A DNA stretch of 64,000 nt from Candidatus Latescibacterota bacterium (lineage in GTDB: Bacteria > Latescibacterota > UBA2968). The position numbers were made by a program, and so were the translations under genes. Below the pieces are notes generated by a model. It was not told the DNA's origin and searched no databases. It saw only the letters and a list, made by a program, of their open reading frames with translations. Of the stretch, positions 1 to 10,309 are shown piece by piece; the first letter of the stretch is position 1; every line of letters begins with the position of its first letter. The DNA lies in NCBI GenBank assembly GCA_965207885.1, contig OZ242311.1, positions 5,376,001 through 5,440,000 on the forward strand, written 5' to 3'.

Positions 1-3000
1 TCATTGCCGCCAGTTGTCGATCATTCTGAGCGGGCTTCTCCTGATCAATTGTTTTAAATAGACCTTGTAGTTCTAAATATAAGTTGTCAATCAGCCAGTT
101 TGACTGTGCAATGCACTTCTCCTTACTACTTTCCTCTCTCCACAGACTCACAATCGTGCGAGGAATCACAAGTGCGAGATTAAGTACGAATGCAATCTCT
201 CCTTCCTTGTTTGAAGTGTTTTCAGGCATTGGGGGGAACTGTAGAATGTTTTTCTCCAATAGACAAGCGGCAATATAACGCCGAAAAATACGAAGTTCCG
301 GTGTCTCTGTAAGGAAGCCATTTTCATCCACTCTGGCTCGAGATAGATAGTAAAGAATTTCTTCCTCTTCAATAGGAATAAATCGAACATTAGCAGCGCG
401 TAGTTTGGTGATTATGTTGTAATATTCTGAATCAGGTATAGAACCGCTACTCACAAGACCTTTCAAGACTTCGTTTATACCAATGATAGGAATTTCGCCA
501 CTGTGAAAATAGCCGTTCACAAATCTATCATCAGACCAAATCACATCACCTTCGCTTGCCTTGAAGCTTAATAGGTCGCTCAAAAGTCTTTCTGAGAGAT
601 TCTGTTGATCCAGTACCTCAGCCTCCTCATTTCCCTCATAAGGTATCACCTCATAGATTCCACTGTCTATGCCATCGCGAATTCTGTTTATTAGCCTATC
701 AAGCCAGTTGATTAAGTCGTTTCTTCGTCTATGAATTTCTAATTCAGAACGTACAGAGTCGAGTTCCGGTTTTTCCAAATAAACATCAAAATGATCGCAA
801 ACTGTGCGAAGCATATCTGATTCTGCGAGGACATGTGCAATACCTCGATTTTCTAAGAAGATACGCCTTCCCTGCTGCGGAATTACGCCATTGGGATTCT
901 TCTGGCCTTCCTCACCCAATTCCTTAAGTGTCTGTTCATACTTCTCTTTTGATAGCTGTCCCTGTTTATCAAGCGAATCGACAAGGGCACGGCAATTTAC
1001 AATGTATTTGTGTGCTTCATCCGGTAATGTTGGAGGACCACTCATATCCTGCGTAGTCAAGCGAGAAAAACAGACTACGTACCCATTTTCTCTGCATGCC
1101 CTTTCAAAAACTGCCACCCAGTGTTCACCCATTTCTTCAATCAGTTTCGGGTTGCTATCCGACAAGGGCGTCTCATATTCCCAGATATTCAGCAATCCTT
1201 CACTTTCTATATCAATTATCTGGTTAGCAATTTGCAACCGTGAAGGTTGATGATGTGTCAGTTCGTCTTTAATTCCCAGCAGACAGGGGACAAGAGTTTT
1301 AGGTATTCTTAACGGAGCAAAAGTGTCCTCAACTTTAGATAGAATATCCAAATGGGCAGCCAAAAGAACGGCGGTGATATCCAAATTGAGACGCCATTGT
1401 GGTTTCTTACTGAGATCAAAGTCAACTTTTCGCCCTCCATGTCTTGCAAATAAATAGAATTGATTTCTCGGATCTGGTGCTTTTGCATTTTCACTTAAAC
1501 CGTAATGAAATAGTTTTAAGAGTGCTCCATTTAACTCTTTAGCAATGATATGAATAGGAAGAATTCCTTGATCATAAACATCTTTCATTTCTTCTATATG
1601 CTCTCTTCGCTGTTTAGCAAATGAAATCATATCTTGAAGATCTAAGAGAGTGACCCCACCTTGTCTGCTGTCTCCCAGTTTTCGCATCCTTATTAAAAAC
1701 GGGTTAAGTTCCTCACCCTCATCTAATCCAAGTTGAAAGCCTAAATGAACTATCTCGCTAACCTGATCATCAGACACATCTTCAGAAACAGCCTTTTTCC
1801 AAAAAGAGATGGCGAGATCGCTATCTTCCAATTTTACTAAATAGGCGATTCTGAGTAAGTCTTGTTGCGTTAGATCGGGTAATTCTCTGTGTTGGCGTGC
1901 AATAATAGCCAATTTTTTAAGATTTCCTGTTTCATGGTAGAGACCCATTAAAGCAAGCAAATTGTCAGCATTTGGTTCTTCTTTTACAAGGTCCTCAGCC
2001 TCTTTAATAGCTTCTGAAACATCTCCAAGCATATTTTGGCAACTCACCCTGAGTCTTCTTAGGTCATTAGATAACACACCAGCTTCAAACAGGTCTCTAT
2101 TGCTATCCAATAAACTCAGACAGATATCAAACTGATTGCTATTATGGTAGGCAATAGCTGCAAGTCTTAATGCTTCAGGAGTTCCAATTCCATCTATGAG
2201 TTGCTGGCTTTTTTCTGCCACATACTCCCAATTACCTTGTTCTCCCATCAGACTACAGCAGTTAAAGAGAAAAGACATATCACCCGTTTCTTCGTAAGCG
2301 TTTTCTAAAAATTCAACAAGCGGTTGCCAATCATCGTTTTTGCGTGCAATAGCCTGAAGAGCTATCATTTTTTCATAATAGAGATTTTCTTTTTGGCTAC
2401 TTTGATCAATGACCTTTAATGCAGATTTTGGATCGTCGTTAGCCATCAGTGACTTCACATAAAGAGAAGTCCAAACTCTAATTTCCTCTTGTGACTTAAA
2501 TCGAGACTCGGAATTGTCCAGTAATTCGATGGCCTCTGTTATTTTTTGCGATACAAGTTTACAGATCACCAGCGAGATCACATGTGATATATCAGATTTT
2601 TCTTCTACTATGATGGAGCTTAATGCTTTCTCACTTGGCTCAAGATCAAGTCCATAATTGCGATGTGTTGCCCATTCTATGGCTCGGAAATCTGTTGGGT
2701 CATATTGGAGTAGTTCTCGACAATAATCTATTGCTTCCTCCTGTTTATCAGGATCATTCGCAAGACAAGCAAGATACCAACATTGCAATATCTTCTTTTC
2801 CTTTCCATCTTCAGTTTCTTCAGAAAGCTTCTTAAATATTGCTGCCGCTTCTCTTAAACGTATTAGACTATCATCATCACGCTTGATAAATAACCAGCTT
2901 ACAGGCTCAGGCCACTGAACAAGCCGGTCTGGCAGAGCAACAGGCGAAAGAGCACTAAAATAATTAATTATTGCGGCTGTCTCTCTCTCGATCTTTCGAT

Positions 3001-3118
3001 CTGGTTCTTGCTCTAATGCCTTACTTATTTCCAGCCGTGCTTGTGCAAGGTTCTTCAATAGAAGGTTCCCAAGAGCCTTGAGCCGATATGTTTCAGAATT
3101 TGGTTTAAGTTTGGCCAT
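1..3118 (-). CDS. Large TPR-like plus PIN-like domain protein (partial, runs off left edge, >1039 aa)
   Basis: Not in the ORF track because it has no stop in the window. ATG at 3118 (MAKLKPNSETYRLKALG) follows GAGGA; the frame was open wherever I checked it, including positions 2-120. Helical N-terminus; PIN-like motifs WRLNLDITAVLL and DVIWSDDRF. Confidence 0.7.
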   Translation of the reverse strand, partial: MAKLKPNSETYRLKALGNLLLKNLAQARLEISKALEQEPDRKIERETAAIINYFSALSPVALPDRLVQWPEPVSWLFIKRDDDSLIRLREAAAIFKKLSEETEDGKEKKILQCWYLACLANDPDKQEEAIDYCRELLQYDPTDFRAIEWATHRNYGLDLEPSEKALSSIIVEEKSDISHVISLVICKLVSQKITEAIELLDNSESRFKSQEEIRVWTSLYVKSLMANDDPKSALKVIDQSSQKENLYYEKMIALQAIARKNDDWQPLVEFLENAYEETGDMSFLFNCCSLMGEQGNWEYVAEKSQQLIDGIGTPEALRLAAIAYHNSNQFDICLSLLDSNRDLFEAGVLSNDLRRLRVSCQNMLGDVSEAIKEAEDLVKEEPNADNLLALMGLYHETGNLKKLAIIARQHRELPDLTQQDLLRIAYLVKLEDSDLAISFWKKAVSEDVSDDQVSEIVHLGFQLGLDEGEELNPFLIRMRKLGDSRQGGVTLLDLQDMISFAKQRREHIEEMKDVYDQGILPIHIIAKELNGALLKLFHYGLSENAKAPDPRNQFYLFARHGGRKVDFDLSKKPQWRLNLDITAVLLAAHLDILSKVEDTFAPLRIPKTLVPCLLGIKDELTHHQPSRLQIANQIIDIESEGLLNIWEYETPLSDSNPKLIEEMGEHWVAVFERACRENGYVVCFSRLTTQDMSGPPTLPDEAHKYIVNCRALVDSLDKQGQLSKEKYEQTLKELGEEGQKNPNGVIPQQGRRIFLENRGIAHVLAESDMLRTVCDHFDVYLEKPELDSVRSELEIHRRRNDLINWLDRLINRIRDGIDSGIYEVIPYEGNEEAEVLDQQNLSERLLSDLLSFKASEGDVIWSDDRFVNGYFHSGEIPIIGINEVLKGLVSSGSIPDSEYYNIITKLRAANVRFIPIEEEEILYYLSRARVDENGFLTETPELRIFRRYIAACLLEKNILQFPPMPENTSNKEGEIAFVLNLALVIPRTIVSLWREESSKEKCIAQSNWLIDNLYLELQGLFKTIDQEKPAQNDRQLAAM

Positions 3119-4160
3119 TTGATTCATCCTCAAAATCCAAAATTTCTAAGCCTTCCTCAAAGCGACCGAGCATAAATAGAAAAGTTGCTCTCAGGTTGAG
3201 ACTGTCTATATCCTCCTGATTATCCAGAACGCTGACTGCCTCTTCAGGTCCTTTTTCGTAACAGACGATCCACGCATGAATGCGAATTTGATTTTGTGAA
3301 GGCATGAGGGTCCGGGCTTCATCAGCCAATTCCCGAGCGCGACTAATGTCGCGATTTTCGTCCAATTCGATACCAGCCTCAAAAAGAAGCACATCGGCTT
3401 TTACTTCTGATGACAGAAAAGGCCATTTACCATTTCTTAAACCTTCCAGCCATTGCTTTACTTTCGACGTATGACCTTCCTGCCATTCCCTACGCATACG
3501 TTTAAGCTGTTCTGCCGTGTCTTCCGATGCTTGTCCTGATAGCTGGTTTATTTGATTTTCTAATGCTGATGTTATAACAACAGACGGTTGAGTAGCGGTA
3601 TTTTCCACAACTGACGATGGAGGTGTTAATGTTCCACATATTTCTTTTGTCCAGTGGTCGGAAGGATGTAAATAAGAACCTACAATCCCTGGATGAGGCC
3701 GAAGCTTATTGCGAATTTGAGCGGCTGACCACACTTCATAATCAATCCCATACTTTGCAAAACACTTCGTCTGTTTCAATATTTCTTGTTGGCGATTTGT
3801 TTTGCTAAGATCACAGGCTACAAATAATATGAACCGTTTGACCTTGCATTTAGACCAGTGACTGTCCCAATGTTTAAAAAATTCATCCGATACATCTCGA
3901 ATTTGATAAGGAGAAAAATCTCTGTAACATTTACACTGACCGAGTTCTATTTCATCCGTATTTTTTCTTTTCGCTATGAGATCTATGCCCTGCTGTCCTT
4001 CGCCGCGCACTCCATAAATTTCACAAGTTGCGACAGTGTCTTCTTCAAAAAAAAGATCTCGACAGAGTTCTTGGAATACAAACTCGTCTATTTCATGAAA
4101 AGGAGGAACTTGACCGGGCCTGATACCAGGAGTCATATTGGGTATGGAGTTGCCCGTCAT
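3105..4160 (-). CDS. Mrr-like PD-(D/E)XK restriction endonuclease domain plus TPR-like helices
   Basis: FQELCRDLF...GEGQQGIDL...GQCKCY (D...QxK) N-terminal nuclease motif; helical C-terminus; overlaps the next gene by 14 nt. Confidence 0.7.
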   Translation of the reverse strand: MTGNSIPNMTPGIRPGQVPPFHEIDEFVFQELCRDLFFEEDTVATCEIYGVRGEGQQGIDLIAKRKNTDEIELGQCKCYRDFSPYQIRDVSDEFFKHWDSHWSKCKVKRFILFVACDLSKTNRQQEILKQTKCFAKYGIDYEVWSAAQIRNKLRPHPGIVGSYLHPSDHWTKEICGTLTPPSSVVENTATQPSVVITSALENQINQLSGQASEDTAEQLKRMRREWQEGHTSKVKQWLEGLRNGKWPFLSSEVKADVLLFEAGIELDENRDISRARELADEARTLMPSQNQIRIHAWIVCYEKGPEEAVSVLDNQEDIDSLNLRATFLFMLGRFEEGLEILDFEDESNGQT

Positions 4161-4235
4161 ACTATTTCCTTATTAATCCACGTTAATTGTGTCTGCCGTT
4201 ATAACATAGCGATTCTATGTACATCTTTCAAGGGG

Positions 4236-5459
4236 CTATACTGCGTTCCGCACATCAATCTTCCCTGTCACCGCAGCGGAAATCAGTGCGGTTCGGCGTT
4301 CTTTGAGCAGCTCAATCGCCGTTTCACATTTTTCAATGAGAGTATCGATTTTCGCGATTTCTTTGTCGAGGAAGGCGATGATTCGCTTTTGTTCTTTGAG
4401 TGGGGGCACGGAAACGATACAGTTACCGATGAAATCCCAATTTGCCCGAGGCATCTTTGCCCCATAAGTTTATGAATCAACCACTTTGATAAATCCATCG
4501 GTAAGCAGTAAGTATAGCAATAACCGGCGATCAAAACTCGTACTCTTGAAAACCAGAAGTTCTGTTGAACACAAGCCTTCAAAGTCTGGGTTACAGGCTT
4601 TGGCGAGATATGGCCGAAGTTTGCCAAATAAGGTCATCCCTTTACCAAAACGATTGGCAACACTGGTTGGAACAACATTTGGGTCAATAGGCAGTAGTTT
4701 CCCTGTCCAAGACTGGATATTCTCCAAGCCGACATACGGCAAAGGCTTTTCTCGGTTGGCGTCAATTTTTTGGTCTGTCAACTGAACACAAAATTTAAGC
4801 CGCCGCACCTCCCAATGCTCCGGCACCTCTCCCAACCACTCAACCCCACTGTCTTTCATCTTCACATTCGTGTTCAATCCTCTGGTAACGGCATGTGAAA
4901 TGATCGCTTGCCGCTTTTCCTGAAGCAGTGTGATCAATTGCTCTTGCTTGTCAATGAGGGTGTCAATATTCGTCGTTTCTTTGTCGAGGAACGCGGCGAT
5001 TTGTTTTTGTTCTTCGAGTGGCGGATACAAACCTATCTGTTGATAGGCATCCTCGCGATTGAGACCAGGTACTATCGAGTCTTTGGAAACGGCATCTAAT
5101 TGTAATAAACCAAGCAGGTAGTAAAGCCAGCGGATATTTGCGGTCGTGTATCTGCTATCCACAAAAAATGTTGTATCAATCGCAAACGCTGAATCTGATG
5201 AGTAATTTACCTTCCCAAAAGAACCTTTACGACCAATGATAATGCAAGGTGCGGTCGTGTTCGAGAACGAATGTAATCCTACGTGCCCGTTTGATCCATA
5301 GACAGGAACATTACCTTCTATCCGCATTTCTGAAGGCAGAGAATCTCCGTATGCAAAGCGACAGATATACTTTAATTGCCGCACCGCCCAATGCTTCGGC
5401 ACCTCTCCCAATCCCTCAACTCCACTTTCCTTATATTCTGCATACTTCCGAAAACTCAT
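4236..5459 (-). pseudogene. hsdS: Type I RM specificity subunit HsdS with one in-frame TAA at 4470-4472
   Basis: [46 protein letters not shown]; reads VVDS*TYGAKMPRANW and continues in frame to ALISAAVTGKIDVR. Confidence 0.85.
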
Positions 5460-5494
5460 GCTTCGTTCTCCTCAACGGACTCGCATTACAAATC

Positions 5495-5518
5495 GGGCAA
5501 GGCATGCCTCGCCCCTAC
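5495..5518. repeat. GTAG-type REP-like palindrome
   Basis: gggcaaggcatgcctcgcccctac: hairpin followed by CTAC; related elements at 26098-26148. Confidence 0.6.
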
Positions 5519-5532
5519 GATTCTTTTGGATA

Positions 5533-5661
5533 TAATTGTGTCAGCACTGCTGGCACTTTTAACGGGTTGAGACGGTCCATGGTAATTGTCTCAGCGATGC
5601 TGAGACTTTTGGCGGCCTGAACACGATCCCCAATAATTGTCGCACCACTGGTGAGACTTTT
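5533..5661. repeat. Three 28-bp palindromic repeats with 22/23-nt spacers
   Basis: taattgtgtcagcactgctggcactttt (5533), taattgtctcagcgatgctgagactttt (5583), taattgtcgcaccactggtgagactttt (5634). Confidence 0.8.
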
Positions 5662-5704
5662 TTGTTTGTATGTACGTTATGCCGCGCGGGACGATCAAAA
5701 CCTT

Positions 5705-5736
5705 CTGGATTGCGGCTAAAACCATGCCGCAATGAC
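5705..5736. repeat. Dispersed palindromic element (CTGGATTGCGGC...GCCGCAATGAC family)
   Basis: Near-identical copies at 7857-7889 and 28561-28592, and an inverted copy inside 61357-61397. Confidence 0.75.
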
Positions 5737-5796
5737 GACTTTTACACGAAAGTTGAGGTATTTAATTTTATCGCTAGATAACCTGCCCACAGATTA

Positions 5797-7818
5797 TCAC
5801 CCATTCAAAATCCCTCCAACCGTTTCAACAATACCATCCGTCACACCTTCAATCATTTCAACAATACTATCCGTCACACCTATCAAATCCGCACCAATCT
5901 CATCTAACGGGCGGGGCGGTTTGAACACGTAGAAATATCGGTTAAAAGGAATTTCGTAACCCACTTTGGTCTTGCTGTAATCTATCCAGGCCTCCGGCAC
6001 ATGGGGCTGGATTTCGCGTTCGAAATACGCATCAATATCCTCCCGCAACGGCACATTCTCATAATCGCGCAAATCGGGATCGGGTTCTGGCTCGCCTTTG
6101 CGGTTGGTACAAACATCAGCGGTCTCATCATACTCGCTCAAGGATTGATAAATCAACTTCAACTGAGCCGTAGTAATATTCACTTGCGCCCCTGTAAAAG
6201 CATCCGTAAGAATGCGAATGAACGCATCGCGGTTTTTATACTGACAATCACCCTCAAGCGTACCCAGAACCTCGAGAACGCGCTGTTGCTGTTCTTGTGG
6301 CAAACGGGTAAAGCTCCTCGCCGACTCGAGAATCTCAATACGATCTTCACACACTTGAAAATTGCGCTTGAGCGGGCGCTCAATGGTGATGCGCTGATAC
6401 CCGAAATCAACATTGTCAAAAATCTTCACGCGATCCTGTACATCCTCAAAATCGCCAAACAATTGCGTAATCTCCGCGATCTGTCCATCGGAAATCTCCT
6501 TGCGCTTGCTACCCAGGCTCTGGATCATCGCAACGTGAAAATCTGCGGCATTGATCAATTGCACTTTACCCTTGCGCTGCGGCGTCTTCTGATTCGTAAT
6601 AATCCAGATATAGGTCGCAATACCCGTGTTGTAAAACATATCCGTAGGCAGGGCTATAATCGCTTCCAAATAATCATTCTCAATAATCCAGCGGCGGATC
6701 TCGCTCTCCCCACTCCCCGCGCTACCCGTAAAAAGGGGTGACCCATTGAGCACAACAGCCAGACGGGACAAATCGCCATTCTGATTGAACTTTGAAATCA
6801 TGTGCTGCACAAAAAGCAAAGCACCATTGTCAACACGCGGAAGCCCTGCGCCAAAGCGTCCCCTATAACCGAGGTGATTGGCTTCGTCCTTGATCTCGGA
6901 TGCCACCTTCTTCCAATCAACCCCAAACGGTGGATTGGACAACATATAGTCAAACTGCCCATCAGGAAGACCATCTTCTGTAAAACTATTGCCGGGATGG
7001 ATATTTTTTGCATCCTGTCCCTTGATCATCATATCTGACTTACAAGTCGCATAACTCTCATCATTCAACTCCTGCCCATACACAATCAAACTGGCTTCTG
7101 GGTTGAGTTCCCTGAGATAATCCTCCGCAATAGAAAGCATCCCTCCCGTGCCACACGCCGGATCGTACAACTTGCGAATAATACCCCGTTGGGTAAGCGC
7201 GGCCTCATCCTCTAAAAACAGAAGATTGACCATCAACCGGATAACTTCACGAGGCGTAAAATGCTCGCCAGCCGTCTCATTACTCTGCTCGGAAAACCTG
7301 CGGATGAGTTCTTCAAAAATATAGCCCATGTGCAGATTGGAAACGCGATCTGGATGCAAATCCGCCTGTGCAAAGCGGCTGACAATCAGATAGAGCAAAT
7401 TATCCCGGTCAAGCCGCGCAACCTGCTCGTGCAACTTAAAACGATCAATAAAAATATCACGCGCATCATACGAAAACCCGTTAATCATATTATTCAAATT
7501 AGCAGCAATATTGTCGGGATCGTCCAGCAACCTCTCAAGGGTAAACGGACTTGTATTGTGAAAATTGTGCCCACTCGCCATATTGAGCATGGTCTCGCGC
7601 ATCGTATCGTCGATATTCTCGGGCAAGTTTTTCAACTGCGCCTGCACAGCGTCTTTCGTCGGCACCAACACGCAATCGAGCCGTCGCAAAACCGTGAACG
7701 GCAGCACCACCTTTCCGTACTCCGATTGTTTGTAATCACCCCGCAGAAGTTCCGCAATGGACCAGATAAAACCGATATGTTCACCAAAATCTGCACGAGT
7801 GCTCGAATTATTTGTCAT
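5797..7818 (-). CDS. hsdM: Type I restriction-modification methyltransferase subunit M
   Basis: IWSIAELLRGDYK, GEHFTPREVI, YDPACGTGGML, SNPPFG (N6-adenine MTase). Confidence 0.95.
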   Translation of the reverse strand: MTNNSSTRADFGEHIGFIWSIAELLRGDYKQSEYGKVVLPFTVLRRLDCVLVPTKDAVQAQLKNLPENIDDTMRETMLNMASGHNFHNTSPFTLERLLDDPDNIAANLNNMINGFSYDARDIFIDRFKLHEQVARLDRDNLLYLIVSRFAQADLHPDRVSNLHMGYIFEELIRRFSEQSNETAGEHFTPREVIRLMVNLLFLEDEAALTQRGIIRKLYDPACGTGGMLSIAEDYLRELNPEASLIVYGQELNDESYATCKSDMMIKGQDAKNIHPGNSFTEDGLPDGQFDYMLSNPPFGVDWKKVASEIKDEANHLGYRGRFGAGLPRVDNGALLFVQHMISKFNQNGDLSRLAVVLNGSPLFTGSAGSGESEIRRWIIENDYLEAIIALPTDMFYNTGIATYIWIITNQKTPQRKGKVQLINAADFHVAMIQSLGSKRKEISDGQIAEITQLFGDFEDVQDRVKIFDNVDFGYQRITIERPLKRNFQVCEDRIEILESARSFTRLPQEQQQRVLEVLGTLEGDCQYKNRDAFIRILTDAFTGAQVNITTAQLKLIYQSLSEYDETADVCTNRKGEPEPDPDLRDYENVPLREDIDAYFEREIQPHVPEAWIDYSKTKVGYEIPFNRYFYVFKPPRPLDEIGADLIGVTDSIVEMIEGVTDGIVETVGGILNG

Positions 7819-7856
7819 GGATACCCCTTGTATTTATTATAGGTGACTCAACATCA

Positions 7857-7889
7857 CTGGATCGCGGCTCAACACCGTGCCGCGATGAC
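7857..7889. repeat. Dispersed palindromic element copy
   Basis: ctggatcgcggctcaacaccgtgccgcgatgac, with compensatory changes in the stem relative to the 5705 copy. Confidence 0.7.
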
Positions 7890-7984
7890 GGCGGCTCGGC
7901 CATGTCAACCAATATAAAAAACTCTATACTTCTTTGTCCCACAATATTAAAATGATCTCATAACAAAAATCAGGAGACAATCTC

Positions 7985-9388
7985 ATGGCATCAGACATAA
8001 ATTACGCAAGCTGGCCCCGGCATGTGGCGCGTCATATTGATGTGGGTGATCAGAAGCAACTCTTTCTGGACGACGGGTTTCTGGTAGAACGCGCCGAAGG
8101 GATTCGCTATGTCATGCACCAGCCGGTAAAACACGCACAGAACCCGTTGCTCGTACCCGACACGCCCTGGGAATTGCAGGTACAACTCTACGGCTCCGTC
8201 CTGTGGGATGAAGAAGCCCAAATCTACAAAATGTGGTACACAAACCGAACCCGCAAATACGGCAAAGACAGCGCAGTACTCATGGCCTATGCCACCTCTG
8301 AAGACGGACTCAAATGGAAAAAACCTATCTTCAACATCCTATCCCATGAAGAATCTGCTAAAACCAACCTGCTACTGGATCCCGGACCCGGCGGAAGCGG
8401 CGGCGTATGCGTCTTAAAAACACCTGATGAGCAGAACAAAACATACAAAATGCTCTACAAAACCATCGAAGAGGGCGGCGGATTAAAAGTCGCATTCTCC
8501 CCAGACGGCATCCACTGGACAAAACACCCCAAAACCGTCTTACCCGGCGTCTTTGACACATTCAACGTCGCGGTCCAGGACAACGACAAATACGTCGCGT
8601 ACGTACGCATAAACCAGAGACCGCGAAAGCGGCACCGCGCATTGGGACGCATCGAATCCGAAGACTTCATCCACTGGACCACACCGACAATCGTCCTGAA
8701 ACCAGATGAGCGCGACCCCGAAGACACAGACATATACACATCCGCTGCATTTAAGTACCCGCAAGCGGATTATGCCTATATTATGATGCCCAGCCTTTTT
8801 GATTGGCGAACGGGAAAACTTCAGGTACAATTGGCCACGAGTCGGGACAATGCACATTGGAATCGAGCAGGAAACCGCGAGATCTTCATCCCACTGGGAG
8901 AACCAGACAGTTACGAATCGGAAGAAATCATGGTCGGCGCGCCATCAGTCGTAAAAGATCAAATCCACATCTACTATCACGGCAGCAACCGGCCACACTG
9001 GAATGGAATGGGACGTCCGTTTAAAGAAAAAAGCGGCATTGGTCTGGCAACACTGCGCCTGGATGGATTCATCTCGATTGACGCAGGTGAAAAACCGAGC
9101 GGCGGCACAATAACAACCGTACCCATACAATTCTCGGGCACCCACCTGGAAATAAACGCAGATGCAACCTGGGGAGAGATACGCGTCGAAATTTTAAACG
9201 ACGAAAATGAAGTAATCGAAGGATTTGATCGCCTATCGTGCCAACCCGTAATCGGCGACTCTGTGCGCCATCGCGTCTCCTGGTCGGGCGGCGATGTACG
9301 CACCTTGGTCGGAACAACCGTAAAACTGCGATTTCATATCCTCTGCGCCCGGCTTTACGCCTTTCAATTCAAAACAAAACACCCCTAA
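7985..9388 (+). CDS. Five-bladed beta-propeller glycoside hydrolase-like protein (GH32/43/130 clan)
   Basis: KQLFLDD, YKMWY, YATSEDGLKW, SPDGIHW, SEDFIHW Asp-boxes, LRLDGF; AGGAG RBS. Confidence 0.7.
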   Translation: MASDINYASWPRHVARHIDVGDQKQLFLDDGFLVERAEGIRYVMHQPVKHAQNPLLVPDTPWELQVQLYGSVLWDEEAQIYKMWYTNRTRKYGKDSAVLMAYATSEDGLKWKKPIFNILSHEESAKTNLLLDPGPGGSGGVCVLKTPDEQNKTYKMLYKTIEEGGGLKVAFSPDGIHWTKHPKTVLPGVFDTFNVAVQDNDKYVAYVRINQRPRKRHRALGRIESEDFIHWTTPTIVLKPDERDPEDTDIYTSAAFKYPQADYAYIMMPSLFDWRTGKLQVQLATSRDNAHWNRAGNREIFIPLGEPDSYESEEIMVGAPSVVKDQIHIYYHGSNRPHWNGMGRPFKEKSGIGLATLRLDGFISIDAGEKPSGGTITTVPIQFSGTHLEINADATWGEIRVEILNDENEVIEGFDRLSCQPVIGDSVRHRVSWSGGDVRTLVGTTVKLRFHILCARLYAFQFKTKHP

Positions 9389-9402
9389 CCCAAGGAGACC
9401 CC

Positions 9403-10308
9403 ATGTCCACACACTTTGTATTTGTCACAGACAGCCATCACCACGCCGCTGCCGAAAAAGACTTCGGCGCGCCCAAAATGCTAACGCGCAGCCATGAAAT
9501 ACACCGTGCAATGGTACCCGCCATCAACGCCTGCAAAGCGGACTTCATCGTACACGGCGGCGACGTGGTCTGCGGCGGTGGGGCATTTGAAATGCCTTTT
9601 GATATCTACTTGCAAACCATAGACGAAGCCAAAAACGCGTTTGACGGCCTTCACGCGCCCACATACTACGTCCCGGGCAATCACGATTGCGATGCACAGG
9701 AAGGGAGTTTTGAGGCTTTTGCCCGACAATTTCCAATCCCCGAAACCCTGGACATCGTCGAAGCCGCGCCGCGCCTGCGCCTGGCGCTCGCCAACGTGTA
9801 TCCCATCAGCCCACTGGAAGACAGCTTGGGCACATGGACAGAAGCACACGACCGCATCTTGCGCGAAGCCGCTGCAAGAGCTCATGACGACCGCTGCGCC
9901 CTCATCCTGTTCATTCACCCCTGGGTCTTCCCCCAATACGAAGCACAGGCCGATTTCGTCCCGAGTGGCGTTGTCACCAACGCCGAGCAACTCATGGAAG
10001 CCGTAAAAGACCTGCCCGCTGTCATAGCCATCTTCACCGGACACAGACACATCAATCGCATCCGCATGTATCGCGACTTCCTCATCGTTGACACCGCCTG
10101 CCTGATTGGCTTCCCACTGGGATTCCGCGAAATCTGGCTCACGGAAGACGGCTATTTCAAAACGCGCTTCCGCACACTGGACCTGCCCGACCTGATGCAG
10201 GCTTCCTTTGACCGCTCACCCGTACAAACAAATCAAATGTGGCAAGGAGAAATCCACGACCGCGACACGGAAATTTTGATCCCGCGACTAAAAGCACTCT
10301 GGGAATAA
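9403..10308 (+). CDS. Calcineurin-like metallophosphoesterase
   Basis: VTDSH, HGGD, PGNHD, TGHRH motifs; start chosen after AAGGAG. Confidence 0.85.
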   Translation: MSTHFVFVTDSHHHAAAEKDFGAPKMLTRSHEIHRAMVPAINACKADFIVHGGDVVCGGGAFEMPFDIYLQTIDEAKNAFDGLHAPTYYVPGNHDCDAQEGSFEAFARQFPIPETLDIVEAAPRLRLALANVYPISPLEDSLGTWTEAHDRILREAAARAHDDRCALILFIHPWVFPQYEAQADFVPSGVVTNAEQLMEAVKDLPAVIAIFTGHRHINRIRMYRDFLIVDTACLIGFPLGFREIWLTEDGYFKTRFRTLDLPDLMQASFDRSPVQTNQMWQGEIHDRDTEILIPRLKALWE

Positions 10309-10309
10309 A

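Noticed and set aside
4470-4472. Recoded stop or alternative genetic code
   Set aside because: TAA terminates many ordinary genes in this window; no SECIS-like or other recoding signal is evident.
5533-5661. CRISPR array
   Set aside because: Only three degenerate repeats, short 22-23 nt spacers, no cas genes or leader; kept as an unexplained mini-array.
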